A DNA stretch of 44,026 bases from a virus (lineage: Duplodnaviria; Caudoviricetes): IMG/VR virus record IMGVR_UViG_3300032258_000005, positions 1 to 44,026 of that record; one strand, 5' to 3'. The position numbers and the translations under genes were made by a program. The notes below the pieces were generated by a model. It saw only the letters and a list, made by a program, of their open reading frames with translations, was not told the DNA's origin and made no database searches. Positions within the stretch are counted from its first letter, which is position 1, and each line of letters begins with the position of its first letter. This document shows positions 28,627-37,156 of the stretch, piece after piece.

Positions 28627-29803
28627 CGGTCTCGGGGAACAGATCAGCTATTGGGTCGGGCTTGGGCACGACGCCTTTGTCGTGCAGGTACGCCGCGCCG
28701 TCCTCGCCCATCGCGTCCAACTTAGTCGCTACGTCGGTCGCGGTGTTGTCGTATACTACACGCGTTGTGGCGGTCTCGCCCTGATTCTCTTTAAACTCCG
28801 GCGGCCCCATGCCCAGCGCGGCGAATAGTTGCTGTATGGGCGCGAGCAGGTAATCAGACTGCAAAGCCTCGATCATATCCTGAAATACTTGGCGCTCGTT
28901 CTCACCCGTCGCGTTTAGCCCGCGCACCGCCTCGCCCACAAGGACTGCTAAAGGGATGCCCGTAACCATCGCGAGGCGGCGTAGCGTGATCTGGTCCGCG
29001 TCGTTGAGGTTGGTCAGCGACTGCGTGACTACCTCCAGTTGGTCATCCCCATCGATGATGCCGGCACTAAGGATGCCGCGCACGTCCTCCATGTGCGATA
29101 CGTAATCGACCATGGGGCCGTCCTTGCCCTGCTGCATCGCCGCCTTAAATCCCTTGATCTTGTAAAACATGGACGACGCTTTTTCGACGACACGGGGTAC
29201 CGCGCGTTGCATTACGCCGTCATTTATGAGTTGGTCATACGCCAGCTCGAACTCGCTCATGCCACCGTATCTGTATTGGTGCGCCTCTAGCTCGGGCACC
29301 TCCACGTACGTAAAATCTATCACGCGCGTGTGGTGTATTTCGTGCCCCCGCACGTGGTATGTGAGGGGCATCTGGTAGCGCTCGCCTTGTAGGTCCGCGC
29401 CCACTTCACCCGGCACGACCATGTCCCCTGAAAACACCGACAAGCGCGCGCGGTGCGGGTCGAGCGAGCGGGCGCGCGGGTCGGAAAGGGTATCGCCCGT
29501 CTCATGCAGCACGATAATGCCACGGCCAAATGCGAGCATCCAGCGCGCAGCCTTTTTAACCGCTTGCTCGGGGCCGTTAGCGTACCGCACCTCGTCCGCC
29601 TTGCCGCCAAACTGTAACGTGTCGTCTAGCGCGTGGCCCGCCTTAATGCGTACGATCTTATTACCTACGCCGCTCTTGTAGAGGTCTCGGTGCTCTTGGT
29701 CGGTGAGCTTGCGGGCCTCGTACGTATTTTGCGCGGACGCGTTGCGCCGGTTCGCCAGACTACTGACCAGGCTAATCAACCCGTCCTTGAAACTCTTCAT
29801 CAT
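28613..29803 (-). CDS. Portal protein (DUF1073-like)
   Basis: Follows terL; IHHTRVI, GIPLAVLVG..GLNATGE. Confidence 0.9.
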   Translation of the reverse strand: MMKSFKDGLISLVSSLANRRNASAQNTYEARKLTDQEHRDLYKSGVGNKIVRIKAGHALDDTLQFGGKADEVRYANGPEQAVKKAARWMLAFGRGIIVLHETGDTLSDPRARSLDPHRARLSVFSGDMVVPGEVGADLQGERYQMPLTYHVRGHEIHHTRVIDFTYVEVPELEAHQYRYGGMSEFELAYDQLINDGVMQRAVPRVVEKASSMFYKIKGFKAAMQQGKDGPMVDYVSHMEDVRGILSAGIIDGDDQLEVVTQSLTNLNDADQITLRRLAMVTGIPLAVLVGEAVRGLNATGENERQVFQDMIEALQSDYLLAPIQQLFAALGMGPPEFKENQGETATTRVVYDNTATDVATKLDAMGEDGAAYLHDKGVVPKPDPIADLFPETDGQL

Positions 29804-29814
29804 GCCGCCCGCCC

Positions 29815-31176
29815 CTAGAGTAATTTACTGTAGTCTATCACTGAGCCGACCGCCGGGCTATACGCCTGAATAAATGCGTCGGCTACGTTGTGCGACGGTA
29901 TGCCGCGTTTTGCGAGGTCCGCCTTGCTCTCCACCTTGAGCTTGCCCGCCTCGTCGTACTTTTTCCGCGGCGTAGACAACTCGTCAATAAGTAGCTCGAG
30001 GTGGTCACAATTTGCGTCAATCGCGATCAAGTCGCCCTCTTCAAATTTCTGCCCGTGCTGCACCGCGTTGTGCGTGTTGAGCAGCCTGCGCGCGACGCCG
30101 CCCCAGGTTTGCGCCTTGAGGTTGAGGAAAAAATCTCGGTTCGTTACGCCGTGCTCCCACTCATCGTCGGGGTCCAGCACCGCGCCGCCCGCGATAAATG
30201 CGGAGTACGCGACACGCGCGCCGCTCTCCTCGTTAAGCTCCTTAAACTTACTGCCGCACGACGCGCCAACGCCGATACCGTCGTAGTGTATGTGCGCCCC
30301 TACGCGCCGCGCGTGCGCATACACGCGTGCGCAGCTGCCAAGGAGGTCGTCTTTCTCACCTTGCCACTGGTCGATGTGCACCGCGACAACGCCGCGCGCC
30401 TCCACCGTTGCATTCTTGTCGCCCCCGTCGTCCGCGACGTCGTTGCCGATGCGCACCGAACCCGACGTTGATAGCCCGAGTTTTATGTGGGCGTCGATAG
30501 CGGACAGGACCCATGAGCGCTTGATAATTACGGCCTCGTCGTCGGTGCGCGGCTCGCCCCCGTACACGTGGCCCGCTTCCGTTGCGTCCTCCTCGTATGC
30601 GGCGGCTATGACGTCCCGCATCGTGTCCGATAAAAATGGATTTTCGTCGTGGTTGATCCGTCGCACTACGGAGTTCGGAGGCGGCTTGAGCACAAAGCGC
30701 CGCCACGAATAATCCGAAACAAACCCAGGATTGAATATTAACCATATTTGACTTCCCTCCTTGCGTATCGTGGGTTCGAGGTCGCGCCATTGTTCCTTTG
30801 TGAGAAAGCGCGCCTCCTCGATCCAACAGATGTCGATACCCTCCAGTGATTTTATCTCTTCGAAGTTTCGCCACATGCCGTAGAATATAAACTCGCTGCC
30901 CGTGTAGCGGTGCGTAATGCGGTCACGCAGTATCGCGAAATCGTCTGTTAGCCCGAATTCCTCGATGCGGATTTTTAGCAGCGTGTAGACCGACTCGGCT
31001 ATCTTGTTCTGGAACTGGCGCGTGCAGAGAAAGCGCACCCTGCACGCCTGCGCTATGATGATTGCCACCCCGGCCGCGTCCCACGATTTAGAGCTAGAAC
31101 GCCCGCCGTACAGCGTGCGGATGCGCTTAGGTGCGGCCCAGAAATCACGCAACGCTGGATTAAGTTTCGGCGCCAT
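29815..31176 (-). CDS. terL: Terminase large subunit (PBSX-type)
   Basis: Walker A GGRSSSKS, IKSLEGIDICWIEEA, PTIRKEGS.IW..FNP; nuclease GNDVAD and SHNVADA. Confidence 0.96.
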   Translation of the reverse strand: MAPKLNPALRDFWAAPKRIRTLYGGRSSSKSWDAAGVAIIIAQACRVRFLCTRQFQNKIAESVYTLLKIRIEEFGLTDDFAILRDRITHRYTGSEFIFYGMWRNFEEIKSLEGIDICWIEEARFLTKEQWRDLEPTIRKEGSQIWLIFNPGFVSDYSWRRFVLKPPPNSVVRRINHDENPFLSDTMRDVIAAAYEEDATEAGHVYGGEPRTDDEAVIIKRSWVLSAIDAHIKLGLSTSGSVRIGNDVADDGGDKNATVEARGVVAVHIDQWQGEKDDLLGSCARVYAHARRVGAHIHYDGIGVGASCGSKFKELNEESGARVAYSAFIAGGAVLDPDDEWEHGVTNRDFFLNLKAQTWGGVARRLLNTHNAVQHGQKFEEGDLIAIDANCDHLELLIDELSTPRKKYDEAGKLKVESKADLAKRGIPSHNVADAFIQAYSPAVGSVIDYSKLL

Positions 31177-31888
31177 CGTCGACCCCGTAGAACTCGGCCA
31201 GCGACATGGGCTTAAACGCCGCGCCCGCGCTAGTCAGGTCGACCCGGTCGGTAAGCATACCTAAGTGGCGTGCGAGCATTTCGACGTTTTTGTCGCGATT
31301 GTGTGTGTGCACTTTGATGCCCGACTTAGTGCGCTCGGCCCCCGCGTACAGCCGCAGCGCTGCGGGCGAGAGCGTGCGGGTATCCATTAGGATCACATCT
31401 TCCTCGCCGTCGCCGTGGCACTCCGGGCACGACGGGTACGGTGGCAGCAGCTTGGTGTAGCCGATACCCCCGCACACATCCGGTTCAGGCGGCTCCTCTA
31501 TCCTACACGCCCTCGCAGTCCTCACCGCCGTGCGCCACTTAGCCAGCGCGGCGAGGTATTCGCCCTGCGTGTACTGGTACAGATGCGCGTCGCCGTAGCA
31601 GTAGCGGCACGCGAAACGCCGAACTTGTACAAGCTCGTTGGGGTTGGCGGTGGCTGTGTCGTATATCAGGTTAAGCACATCGTCCTGGGATATCTGCAAC
31701 CGCTCCCCGCGCTTAGCCATGAGATCGCGTATCAGAGCGCGCACGTTTGCGTTTGCCATGAGCCGCGACCCGCCGGAGCGTGCGCTATTCTCGCTCGACT
31801 CCGGGTACGCGCGGACGTATGCGGCCGTTTGGTTAAGGTCCGGATCATCCACATAGTAGTGGGCGAAAGCTATTTGTTGGTCGTTCAT
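31160..31888 (-). CDS. terS: Terminase small subunit with Cys-rich insertion
   Basis: FAHYY...NQTAAY.RA...SRLM HTH; CRYC and CPECHG; LARHLGM; upstream of terL. ATG 31888 preferred. Confidence 0.9.
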   Translation of the reverse strand: MNDQQIAFAHYYVDDPDLNQTAAYVRAYPESSENSARSGGSRLMANANVRALIRDLMAKRGERLQISQDDVLNLIYDTATANPNELVQVRRFACRYCYGDAHLYQYTQGEYLAALAKWRTAVRTARACRIEEPPEPDVCGGIGYTKLLPPYPSCPECHGDGEEDVILMDTRTLSPAALRLYAGAERTKSGIKVHTHNRDKNVEMLARHLGMLTDRVDLTSAGAAFKPMSLAEFYGVDDGAET

Positions 31889-31894
31889 GCCACA

Positions 31895-31923
31895 AGTATA
31901 GACGCGCACCGTGCGTGGCGCAA
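31895..31923 (-). promoter_or_regulatory. Leaderless promoter for terS and the morphogenesis operon
   Basis: TTGCGC-17nt-TATACT-6nt-ATG. Confidence 0.7.
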
Positions 31924-32210
31924 TACCCCGTAACACCCCGCACTTACCCCCTAGTACGGGGTGCCCGTAACTTACTGATTATACTACCCTTATATTACTA
32001 TTAACCCAATACCCTTAATAGAGTAGATATAGTATATAGTAATATAGGGTATATAGTAATACCCCCAGCACGGGGGTAGGAGCGGACTTGTCCGGGGTGT
32101 ACGGGGTGCGGGGTATTTTGCACGTAACGCGCTGATATTGCTGGTAAAGTTCAGTACCCCGTATGCACCCCCTATAAGGGGTATTCGGGGTGTCCGGGGT
32201 GCCCCGCACG
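31922..32210. other. Non-coding region with ACCCCG/CGGGGT iterons flanking an AT-rich core (candidate origin or pac region)
   Basis: ACCCC(G) repeats on the left, CGGGGT repeats on the right, AT-rich core at about 31975-32060. Confidence 0.55.
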
Positions 32211-32217
32211 CGCTCCT

Positions 32218-32316
32218 CAGCTCCCGCGCAGCTCCCGCGCAGCTCCCGCTCAGCTCCCGCGCAGCTCCCGCGCAGCTCCCGCTCAGCTCCCGCGCAGCTC
32301 CCGCGCAGCTCCGGCA
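32218..32316 (+). repeat. 11-bp tandem repeat CAGCTCCCGC(G/T), 8 full copies plus 1 degenerate
   Basis: Directly visible; final bases run G,G,T giving a 33-bp higher-order period. Confidence 0.97.
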
Positions 32317-32337
32317 CGGCTACCAACACGCGCTAAC

Positions 32338-32366
32338 TTGACTACCCGCCGCCCCGCGCCTACTAT
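32338..32366 (+). promoter_or_regulatory. Sigma70-type promoter for the accessory structural operon
   Basis: TTGACT-17nt-TACTAT. Confidence 0.7.
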
Positions 32367-32400
32367 ATTAGTTCACGTACCACGATGGAGACATGACACC

Positions 32401-32805
32401 ATGGCACTATTAATGCCCAACAACGGCGAGGGCGACGCGCTCGCCGCGATACTCGCCAAGGCCGCCGCCGAGAACCTAGTGGTAAGGCTGTACCAGAACA
32501 ACATCACGCCGGCGGAAACCGATGTGACTGCGACATACACCGAGTCCACTTTCACGGGCTACGCGGCGCACACCGCCACCCCGGCGAACTGGACTGTAGT
32601 AGAGGGCGCGCCCACGGAAGCGAGCTACCCCCTCACGTCGTTCACAAGTTCCGCCGACCAAACGTCCGAGCCTGCGTACGGGTACTACTTAACGCGCGTA
32701 ACGTCCGGCCGTATCGCCTGGTCTGAGCGCTTCCCCGCCGGCCCCTACAACATCGCGAACAACCTCGACAAGGTTGATCTAACCCCTAAAATCACACTGG
32801 ACTAA
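32401..32805 (+). CDS. Putative virion structural protein (beta-sandwich)
   Basis: GGAG RBS before ATG 32401; Thr/Ala-rich; RLY.N...E.TF.GYA pattern. Confidence 0.7.
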   Translation: MALLMPNNGEGDALAAILAKAAAENLVVRLYQNNITPAETDVTATYTESTFTGYAAHTATPANWTVVEGAPTEASYPLTSFTSSADQTSEPAYGYYLTRVTSGRIAWSERFPAGPYNIANNLDKVDLTPKITLD

Positions 32806-32809
32806 CGAC

Positions 32810-33088
32810 ATGACTAGACCACTGAAGCCTAAAATGTGGGTGCTCGCGGCTCTTGGGTTTGAGCACCCCAAGACACGCGAACTTATCGTCGCCGACCGCG
32901 TGTGCATACTATACCAACCGCGCAACCCGGACGCGCCGCAAGAGTTGCACGAAGTCCACCCCGAAACGGGCGAGACTGTCGCCGCGCATCCGATAGCCGG
33001 CGCAACGATGCGCCAAGCACTATTAAAAGAAATCCCAACTGTCCGCCGTCCAACGGCTGAAGTGGGCGCCGCGCTGGGGTATTTATAA
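32810..33088 (+). CDS. Hypothetical protein
   Basis: Tightly packed in operon. Confidence 0.7.
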   Translation: MTRPLKPKMWVLAALGFEHPKTRELIVADRVCILYQPRNPDAPQELHEVHPETGETVAAHPIAGATMRQALLKEIPTVRRPTAEVGAALGYL

Positions 33089-33663
33089 TGGCCGGCTTAG
33101 TGTCGCTACTGCGCGTGGAGATAGCGAACGACCCCGCCGCGCTCGGGTACACCGCGCCGCTGCTTACTGGGTACATCAGCGCCCAGTTGCAGGCGGACCA
33201 CGACGCGGCCCATACGGCCCACCTATCCGACCCGACGGACAAGGCGCTTAGACACGGGTGGGCGGTACTGCGCGACACCATCAAAGGGCTAACGGTGTCC
33301 GCTTACCTCGCCGATGAGGCTAATAACAACGCGATCGCCGAGCTCCTGAACGCGGCGACACGCCCGTTAGAGAACCACGCGGTCACCCGGGGTCAGGTCA
33401 TCGGCGCCATGAACCCGGCGGATATCGGCGCGGTGTCGGCGGCTGATGCAACAAAAATCGGGTGGGTTTTGTCCTTGGACAGCATCGACCTGTTTGATCC
33501 GTCCACGGTCCAGATACTGAAAACAGCGTTCGGGGTACCCTCGGCCACCGTAACTAATTTAATAGCGCTACGCACGGGCACGCAGTCCCGTGCGCAGGAA
33601 TTATCACTCCCGACGGGACGGGTGCTGCCCTCCCACGTCGCGATGGCGAGGGCCGGGTTATGA
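33088..33663 (+). CDS. Hypothetical protein
   Basis: Translationally coupled to neighbours; EIANDP..LGY and SRAQEL motifs. Confidence 0.75.
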   Translation: MAGLVSLLRVEIANDPAALGYTAPLLTGYISAQLQADHDAAHTAHLSDPTDKALRHGWAVLRDTIKGLTVSAYLADEANNNAIAELLNAATRPLENHAVTRGQVIGAMNPADIGAVSAADATKIGWVLSLDSIDLFDPSTVQILKTAFGVPSATVTNLIALRTGTQSRAQELSLPTGRVLPSHVAMARAGL

Positions 33664-34163
33664 GCGAGACAACGCAAGGCATAGTCATTGGCGCCCAGGT
33701 TAAGTTTGGGGGCACCGCGCCCGACGTTGCTTTCAGCTTTGAGGGCACCGCGAACGGGGCGGGCCGGGTGTCTACACAGTACGATACGGGCGCTGACCCC
33801 CGCGCCGACGAATACGGGTGGAAGTGCAGTGTTCAGTCACAAGCTACCCCAGTGCAGGGCAGCGTCTGGGAGGTGTGGGCCGCCGGCGCGCCCGACTACG
33901 ATTCTACTGAGGTTGACGGGCGCGTCGGTGTCGTCGACGCGGCGCTAGGAGACATTGACCAGACGCGCAACCTAAAGCGGCTAGGGTCCATCCGGGTCGA
34001 GGACGCGGACACAACCGTAATGACGGGGGGAGGTCGTTTCATCTGGACGCAGCAATACATGAGCATCGTTATGGTTAACAAGTCAGGAGCGGCGGTGGAC
34101 GCGGCGGCCGCCAACTTCAGCTTCCACGTGTGGTCCATCCGCCAGCACGGTAACACGGTCTAG
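33660..34163 (+). CDS. Hypothetical beta-sandwich structural protein
   Basis: Coupled ORF with alternating beta-strand pattern. Confidence 0.7.
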   Translation: MSETTQGIVIGAQVKFGGTAPDVAFSFEGTANGAGRVSTQYDTGADPRADEYGWKCSVQSQATPVQGSVWEVWAAGAPDYDSTEVDGRVGVVDAALGDIDQTRNLKRLGSIRVEDADTTVMTGGGRFIWTQQYMSIVMVNKSGAAVDAAAANFSFHVWSIRQHGNTV

Positions 34164-34165
34164 CC

Positions 34166-35620
34166 GTGGCGCTGCTACACAGGGCGCGCCCTGTCAATAG
34201 GAAGCCGGACTTCAACGAGGGGCCCTCGCTGGACCGCGAGAGCCCGATAAACCGTGGGCTGGCCATCCGGTACCTCGCGAACGAGGGCGGCGGGGCCACC
34301 CTCCACGACTTAATCGGCGATACGGACATACTCACCGGAGGGGCTGCGTTCAGCGCTGACGGGGTCACTTATGACGGTATTAATGATATATCAAAGATTA
34401 ACAGCTCTCTATTAGACTTATCGTTAATTCCTCAAAATGGTTTCTCAGTATCCGTTGGTATAAATTGCGCACCACAAAACGACAGACGATTTTTCGGTGT
34501 CGGGTCAACAGGGTCTACTATACTTGGATTGGGTTTAGATAACGCTAGTCCATACTCAAGACTGCGCGTGTACCAGACAGTGCCATACGCCAATAATATG
34601 TGGACGGGTGTTGGTGGCCCACCTATAGCTACGGGTCAGGATGTTAACCTCGTCTTGGTCTTTGTTCCCGGTGAAACGGCCAAGGTGTATATAAACGGCG
34701 TGCTTGAGTTCACGATAAATCGTGTGCTGGGTGGCGGCACCGTTGCCACTCCGTACTCCGCTATAGGCGCCGCGATACGGGGGACAAGTGTAGACGGGTT
34801 TTCGTTCTATGGGGGCGGGGTACTGCACTTTAGTTTCTACCATCGTGCTCTGTCCGCGGAGGAGGGGGCCGCCCTCTCCGCCAACCCTTACCTGGGGCTA
34901 GCGGACGACGTGCGCCGGCTCCCCTTGGGCACCACGCCATCAGGGGGCACCACGTACACCTACACCGGCGACGGCGGCTTACTTACTGGCGGCGTAGCGC
35001 CCCACGGCTTTACTGCTAATTACACCGGCGACGGCGGTTTACTTACTGGCGGCGTAGCGCCCCACCGCTTTACAGCTAATTACACCGGCGACGGCGGCCT
35101 ACTAACCAGCGGCGTAGCGCCCCACCGCTTTGCCGCTAACTACGCCGGAGATGGTGGACTACTCACCGGAGGTGTAGCGCCCCACAGCTTTACCGCTAAC
35201 CATACCTGCGACGGCGGCTTACTTACGGGCGGCGTAGCGCCCCACCGCTTTACAGCTAATTACGCCGGAGATGGTGGGCTACTCGCCGGCGGGGCGGCCG
35301 ATGTAGCATTCACCGGCGCGGGCACAACGTACACTTACATCGGTACCGGCGGCCTACTCACCGGAGGTGTAGCGCCCCACAGTTTTACTGCTAATTACGC
35401 GGCGGACGGTGGTATAATTTCGGGAGGCACGGCCGCATTGTCTGTTGCCGTCGCCCCGTCCAGCTCGGGCGGTTTGCTCCCGGGCGGTGCCGCAATAGTG
35501 TCCGGCCCTACTGATACCGTGTTAGGCTTTATGCAAGCAGCGCTATCACTAACGCCCGCGATGTCGGGCGCGATACGTGTTTACCCCGTAATGTCGGGCA
35601 GTGCTAAAATATTGGAGTAA
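34166..35620 (+). CDS. LamG/concanavalin-like lectin domain protein with Gly-rich 20-aa repeats (putative fibre/adhesin)
   Basis: NEGGG..L.D, YDGIND, KVYING, YHRALSAEE LamG hallmarks; YTGDGGLLTGGVAPHxFTAN repeats. Confidence 0.8.
   Translation: MALLHRARPVNRKPDFNEGPSLDRESPINRGLAIRYLANEGGGATLHDLIGDTDILTGGAAFSADGVTYDGINDISKINSSLLDLSLIPQNGFSVSVGINCAPQNDRRFFGVGSTGSTILGLGLDNASPYSRLRVYQTVPYANNMWTGVGGPPIATGQDVNLVLVFVPGETAKVYINGVLEFTINRVLGGGTVATPYSAIGAAIRGTSVDGFSFYGGGVLHFSFYHRALSAEEGAALSANPYLGLADDVRRLPLGTTPSGGTTYTYTGDGGLLTGGVAPHGFTANYTGDGGLLTGGVAPHRFTANYTGDGGLLTSGVAPHRFAANYAGDGGLLTGGVAPHSFTANHTCDGGLLTGGVAPHRFTANYAGDGGLLAGGAADVAFTGAGTTYTYIGTGGLLTGGVAPHSFTANYAADGGIISGGTAALSVAVAPSSSGGLLPGGAAIVSGPTDTVLGFMQAALSLTPAMSGAIRVYPVMSGSAKILE
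34961..35410 (+). repeat. 60-nt tandem repeats (20 aa)
   Basis: Successive 60-nt sequence lines align; five full units plus two partial ones. Confidence 0.93.
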
Positions 35621-35626
35621 TGCGAC

Positions 35627-35947
35627 ATGGCCACGTTATTAGTGGGTAACGATTTAGTATTTGAATTGCGCGACTACACGAACGTGCTGACCGGCGCGCT
35701 AGTATCCGACGCGACCGTAACGCTCGTAGTGCTGGACGGGGCGGGGGATGAGCTGACGGGCGAAACATGGCCCCTAGCTATACCGCCCGCATCAGGCGAG
35801 CCAGGTGTATACCGGGCAGAATTAACGGAGGCATTGGCCGCATTACGCGGCGCGCCTTACCTGGGATTGGTGTACGCCACGGGTGGGACGGGCGGCCGAA
35901 CCGCCCGGTGGGAGATCGATATGCCCGCCCGGGTTAGGACGGGATAG
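35627..35947 (+). CDS. Ig-like / BppU-N-like small structural protein
   Basis: TG.LVSDATVTLVV, G.Y.A pattern; GGAG RBS. Confidence 0.65.
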   Translation: MATLLVGNDLVFELRDYTNVLTGALVSDATVTLVVLDGAGDELTGETWPLAIPPASGEPGVYRAELTEALAALRGAPYLGLVYATGGTGGRTARWEIDMPARVRTG

Positions 35948-35972
35948 GCAGCACTTTGCGGTTAGGCCCTTG

Positions 35973-36614
35973 TTAGCAGGCAAGTTCAATCTTACATGCT
36001 TTCATTATCTGCTCACCTAAAAACTTAGTGTAAGCAGGCGGTATCGCTTGTGCTAATTCTTTCTGCCCTAGCCAATCGATACCCATTGCCTCCCTGGCAA
36101 ATTGCACTCCTGAAAAATGCCCCACTACTTGTATAAATTCACCGAGTACAGGTTTGCGCCCCATCTTTGTATTTTTTGCTACATGCTCCGGGTGTATCGG
36201 TACGTTTAATTTAATGTTACTTTCAAATAATCTATGCCTATATGTTTTTAAGCCAAACATTGATCCGCATAAAACAACCGGTTTAATTAATGGCGCATCC
36301 ATTGTGTTTTCAATTATAAACGGCTTGCCTATTTTTATTAAGGCTTCCCTGGTTCGCTCAATAAAGCACTCATAAACTTTGCCATTAGCCTTATGGGTTA
36401 ATGTTGCCTTTGTATTGTTCTGGCAAGGCGGGCTTGCGTGTATTGCATCGTACTTATCGTGGTTATTTAATAAATACTCAATAGCGTCGGCCTGTATAAA
36501 TTCAAACGGGTATTTTGGTTGCGGATTTATATCTATACCGGTTACTTCAAATCCTGCCTGGTGGTAACCCATGCCTGCACCACCTCCACAGCAAAATAAA
36601 TCTAAAATACGCAT
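35973..36614 (-). CDS. Compact DNA cytosine-C5 methyltransferase-like protein (cassette 1)
   Basis: ILDLFCCGGG, ASPPCQ, IIENT, RHRLFE, ELAQAIPPAY; AGGAG RBS; AT-rich codons. Confidence 0.9.
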   Translation of the reverse strand: MRILDLFCCGGGAGMGYHQAGFEVTGIDINPQPKYPFEFIQADAIEYLLNNHDKYDAIHASPPCQNNTKATLTHKANGKVYECFIERTREALIKIGKPFIIENTMDAPLIKPVVLCGSMFGLKTYRHRLFESNIKLNVPIHPEHVAKNTKMGRKPVLGEFIQVVGHFSGVQFAREAMGIDWLGQKELAQAIPPAYTKFLGEQIMKACKIELAC

Positions 36615-36639
36615 TCGTTGCTACTCCTGTGCTATTGCC

Positions 36640-36722
36640 TGCTAACAACAACTTCAAAATGATTGTCTACAGTTCGCTACGCTCTCAAAAACGTAGCCAA
36701 CATCTTAAGTTAAAGGTTATGT
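36640..36722 (+). other. attC recombination site
   Basis: R'' TGCTAAC-5nt-L'' CTTCAAAA ... L' TCTTAAG-6nt-R' GTTATGT; unpaired C and A on the left arm; inner stem GCTACG/CGTAGC. Confidence 0.85.
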
Positions 36723-36908
36723 GCTCGGTGGCGGCTTCAGCTTGTGCCGCTCCGTAAGAGCACTCTCGATCAGTAATGCCCGATTCGTGCCGGGCTGTTC
36801 ATCCATCCATTGCCATAGCCATTCCGGCAATCTGACAGAGCGGGCCGTTTTTTTGAGCAACGGCGGGGCAGGCTTCCGGCCTGCCCCTTCTCTTGCGCCC
36901 CCGCTCAT
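36717..36908 (-). CDS. Small DNA-binding protein, ribbon-helix-helix-like (cassette 2)
   Basis: GGAREGAGRKP followed by SVRLPEWLWQWM...RALLIESAL. Confidence 0.75.
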   Translation of the reverse strand: MSGGAREGAGRKPAPPLLKKTARSVRLPEWLWQWMDEQPGTNRALLIESALTERHKLKPPPST

Positions 36909-37078
36909 GCGTCCTCTGCGTCGAACCAGTCGCTCTCGGCCTGGGCCAGCTCTGTAGCGTAGGCTTCCAGTTCGTCAATCTCGGCCATCTCACCAAATGA
37001 CAGGTGGCTGTATTTTCCCCACAAGTCAACAGGGATCAGGTTTTGCATTTTTTCAATAATTTCGTTCTGAGTAGTCAT
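36905..37078 (-). CDS. Small acidic hypothetical protein (cassette 2)
   Basis: GAGGA RBS before ATG 37078; stop overlaps next ATG. Confidence 0.75.
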   Translation of the reverse strand: MTTQNEIIEKMQNLIPVDLWGKYSHLSFGEMAEIDELEAYATELAQAESDWFDAEDA

Positions 37079-37127
37079 GGTGTTTTCCTCATTTTCCGGT
37101 TTGAGCCATTCCCTAACCGTTGAATAC

Positions 37128-37156
37128 AGTATGTACATCATTCAGAATAATGTCAA
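37128..37156 (-). promoter_or_regulatory. Cassette-internal promoter
   Basis: TTGACA-17nt-CATACT with an A-rich upstream element. Confidence 0.75.

Noticed and set aside
28613-29803. Anti-CBASS Acb1 label sometimes attached to DUF1073 proteins
   Set aside because: Position after terL and the motifs indicate a portal; I see no separate phosphoesterase domain.
32218-32316. Possible CRISPR array
   Set aside because: Contiguous 11-bp units with no unique spacers.
32015-32341. ORFs across the repeat region
   Set aside because: Translations of the tandem repeat and AT-rich element; no coding signal.
10411-35620. Diversity-generating retroelement acting on fibre or lectin genes
   Set aside because: No reverse transcriptase and no template/variable repeat pair with adenine-specific differences seen.
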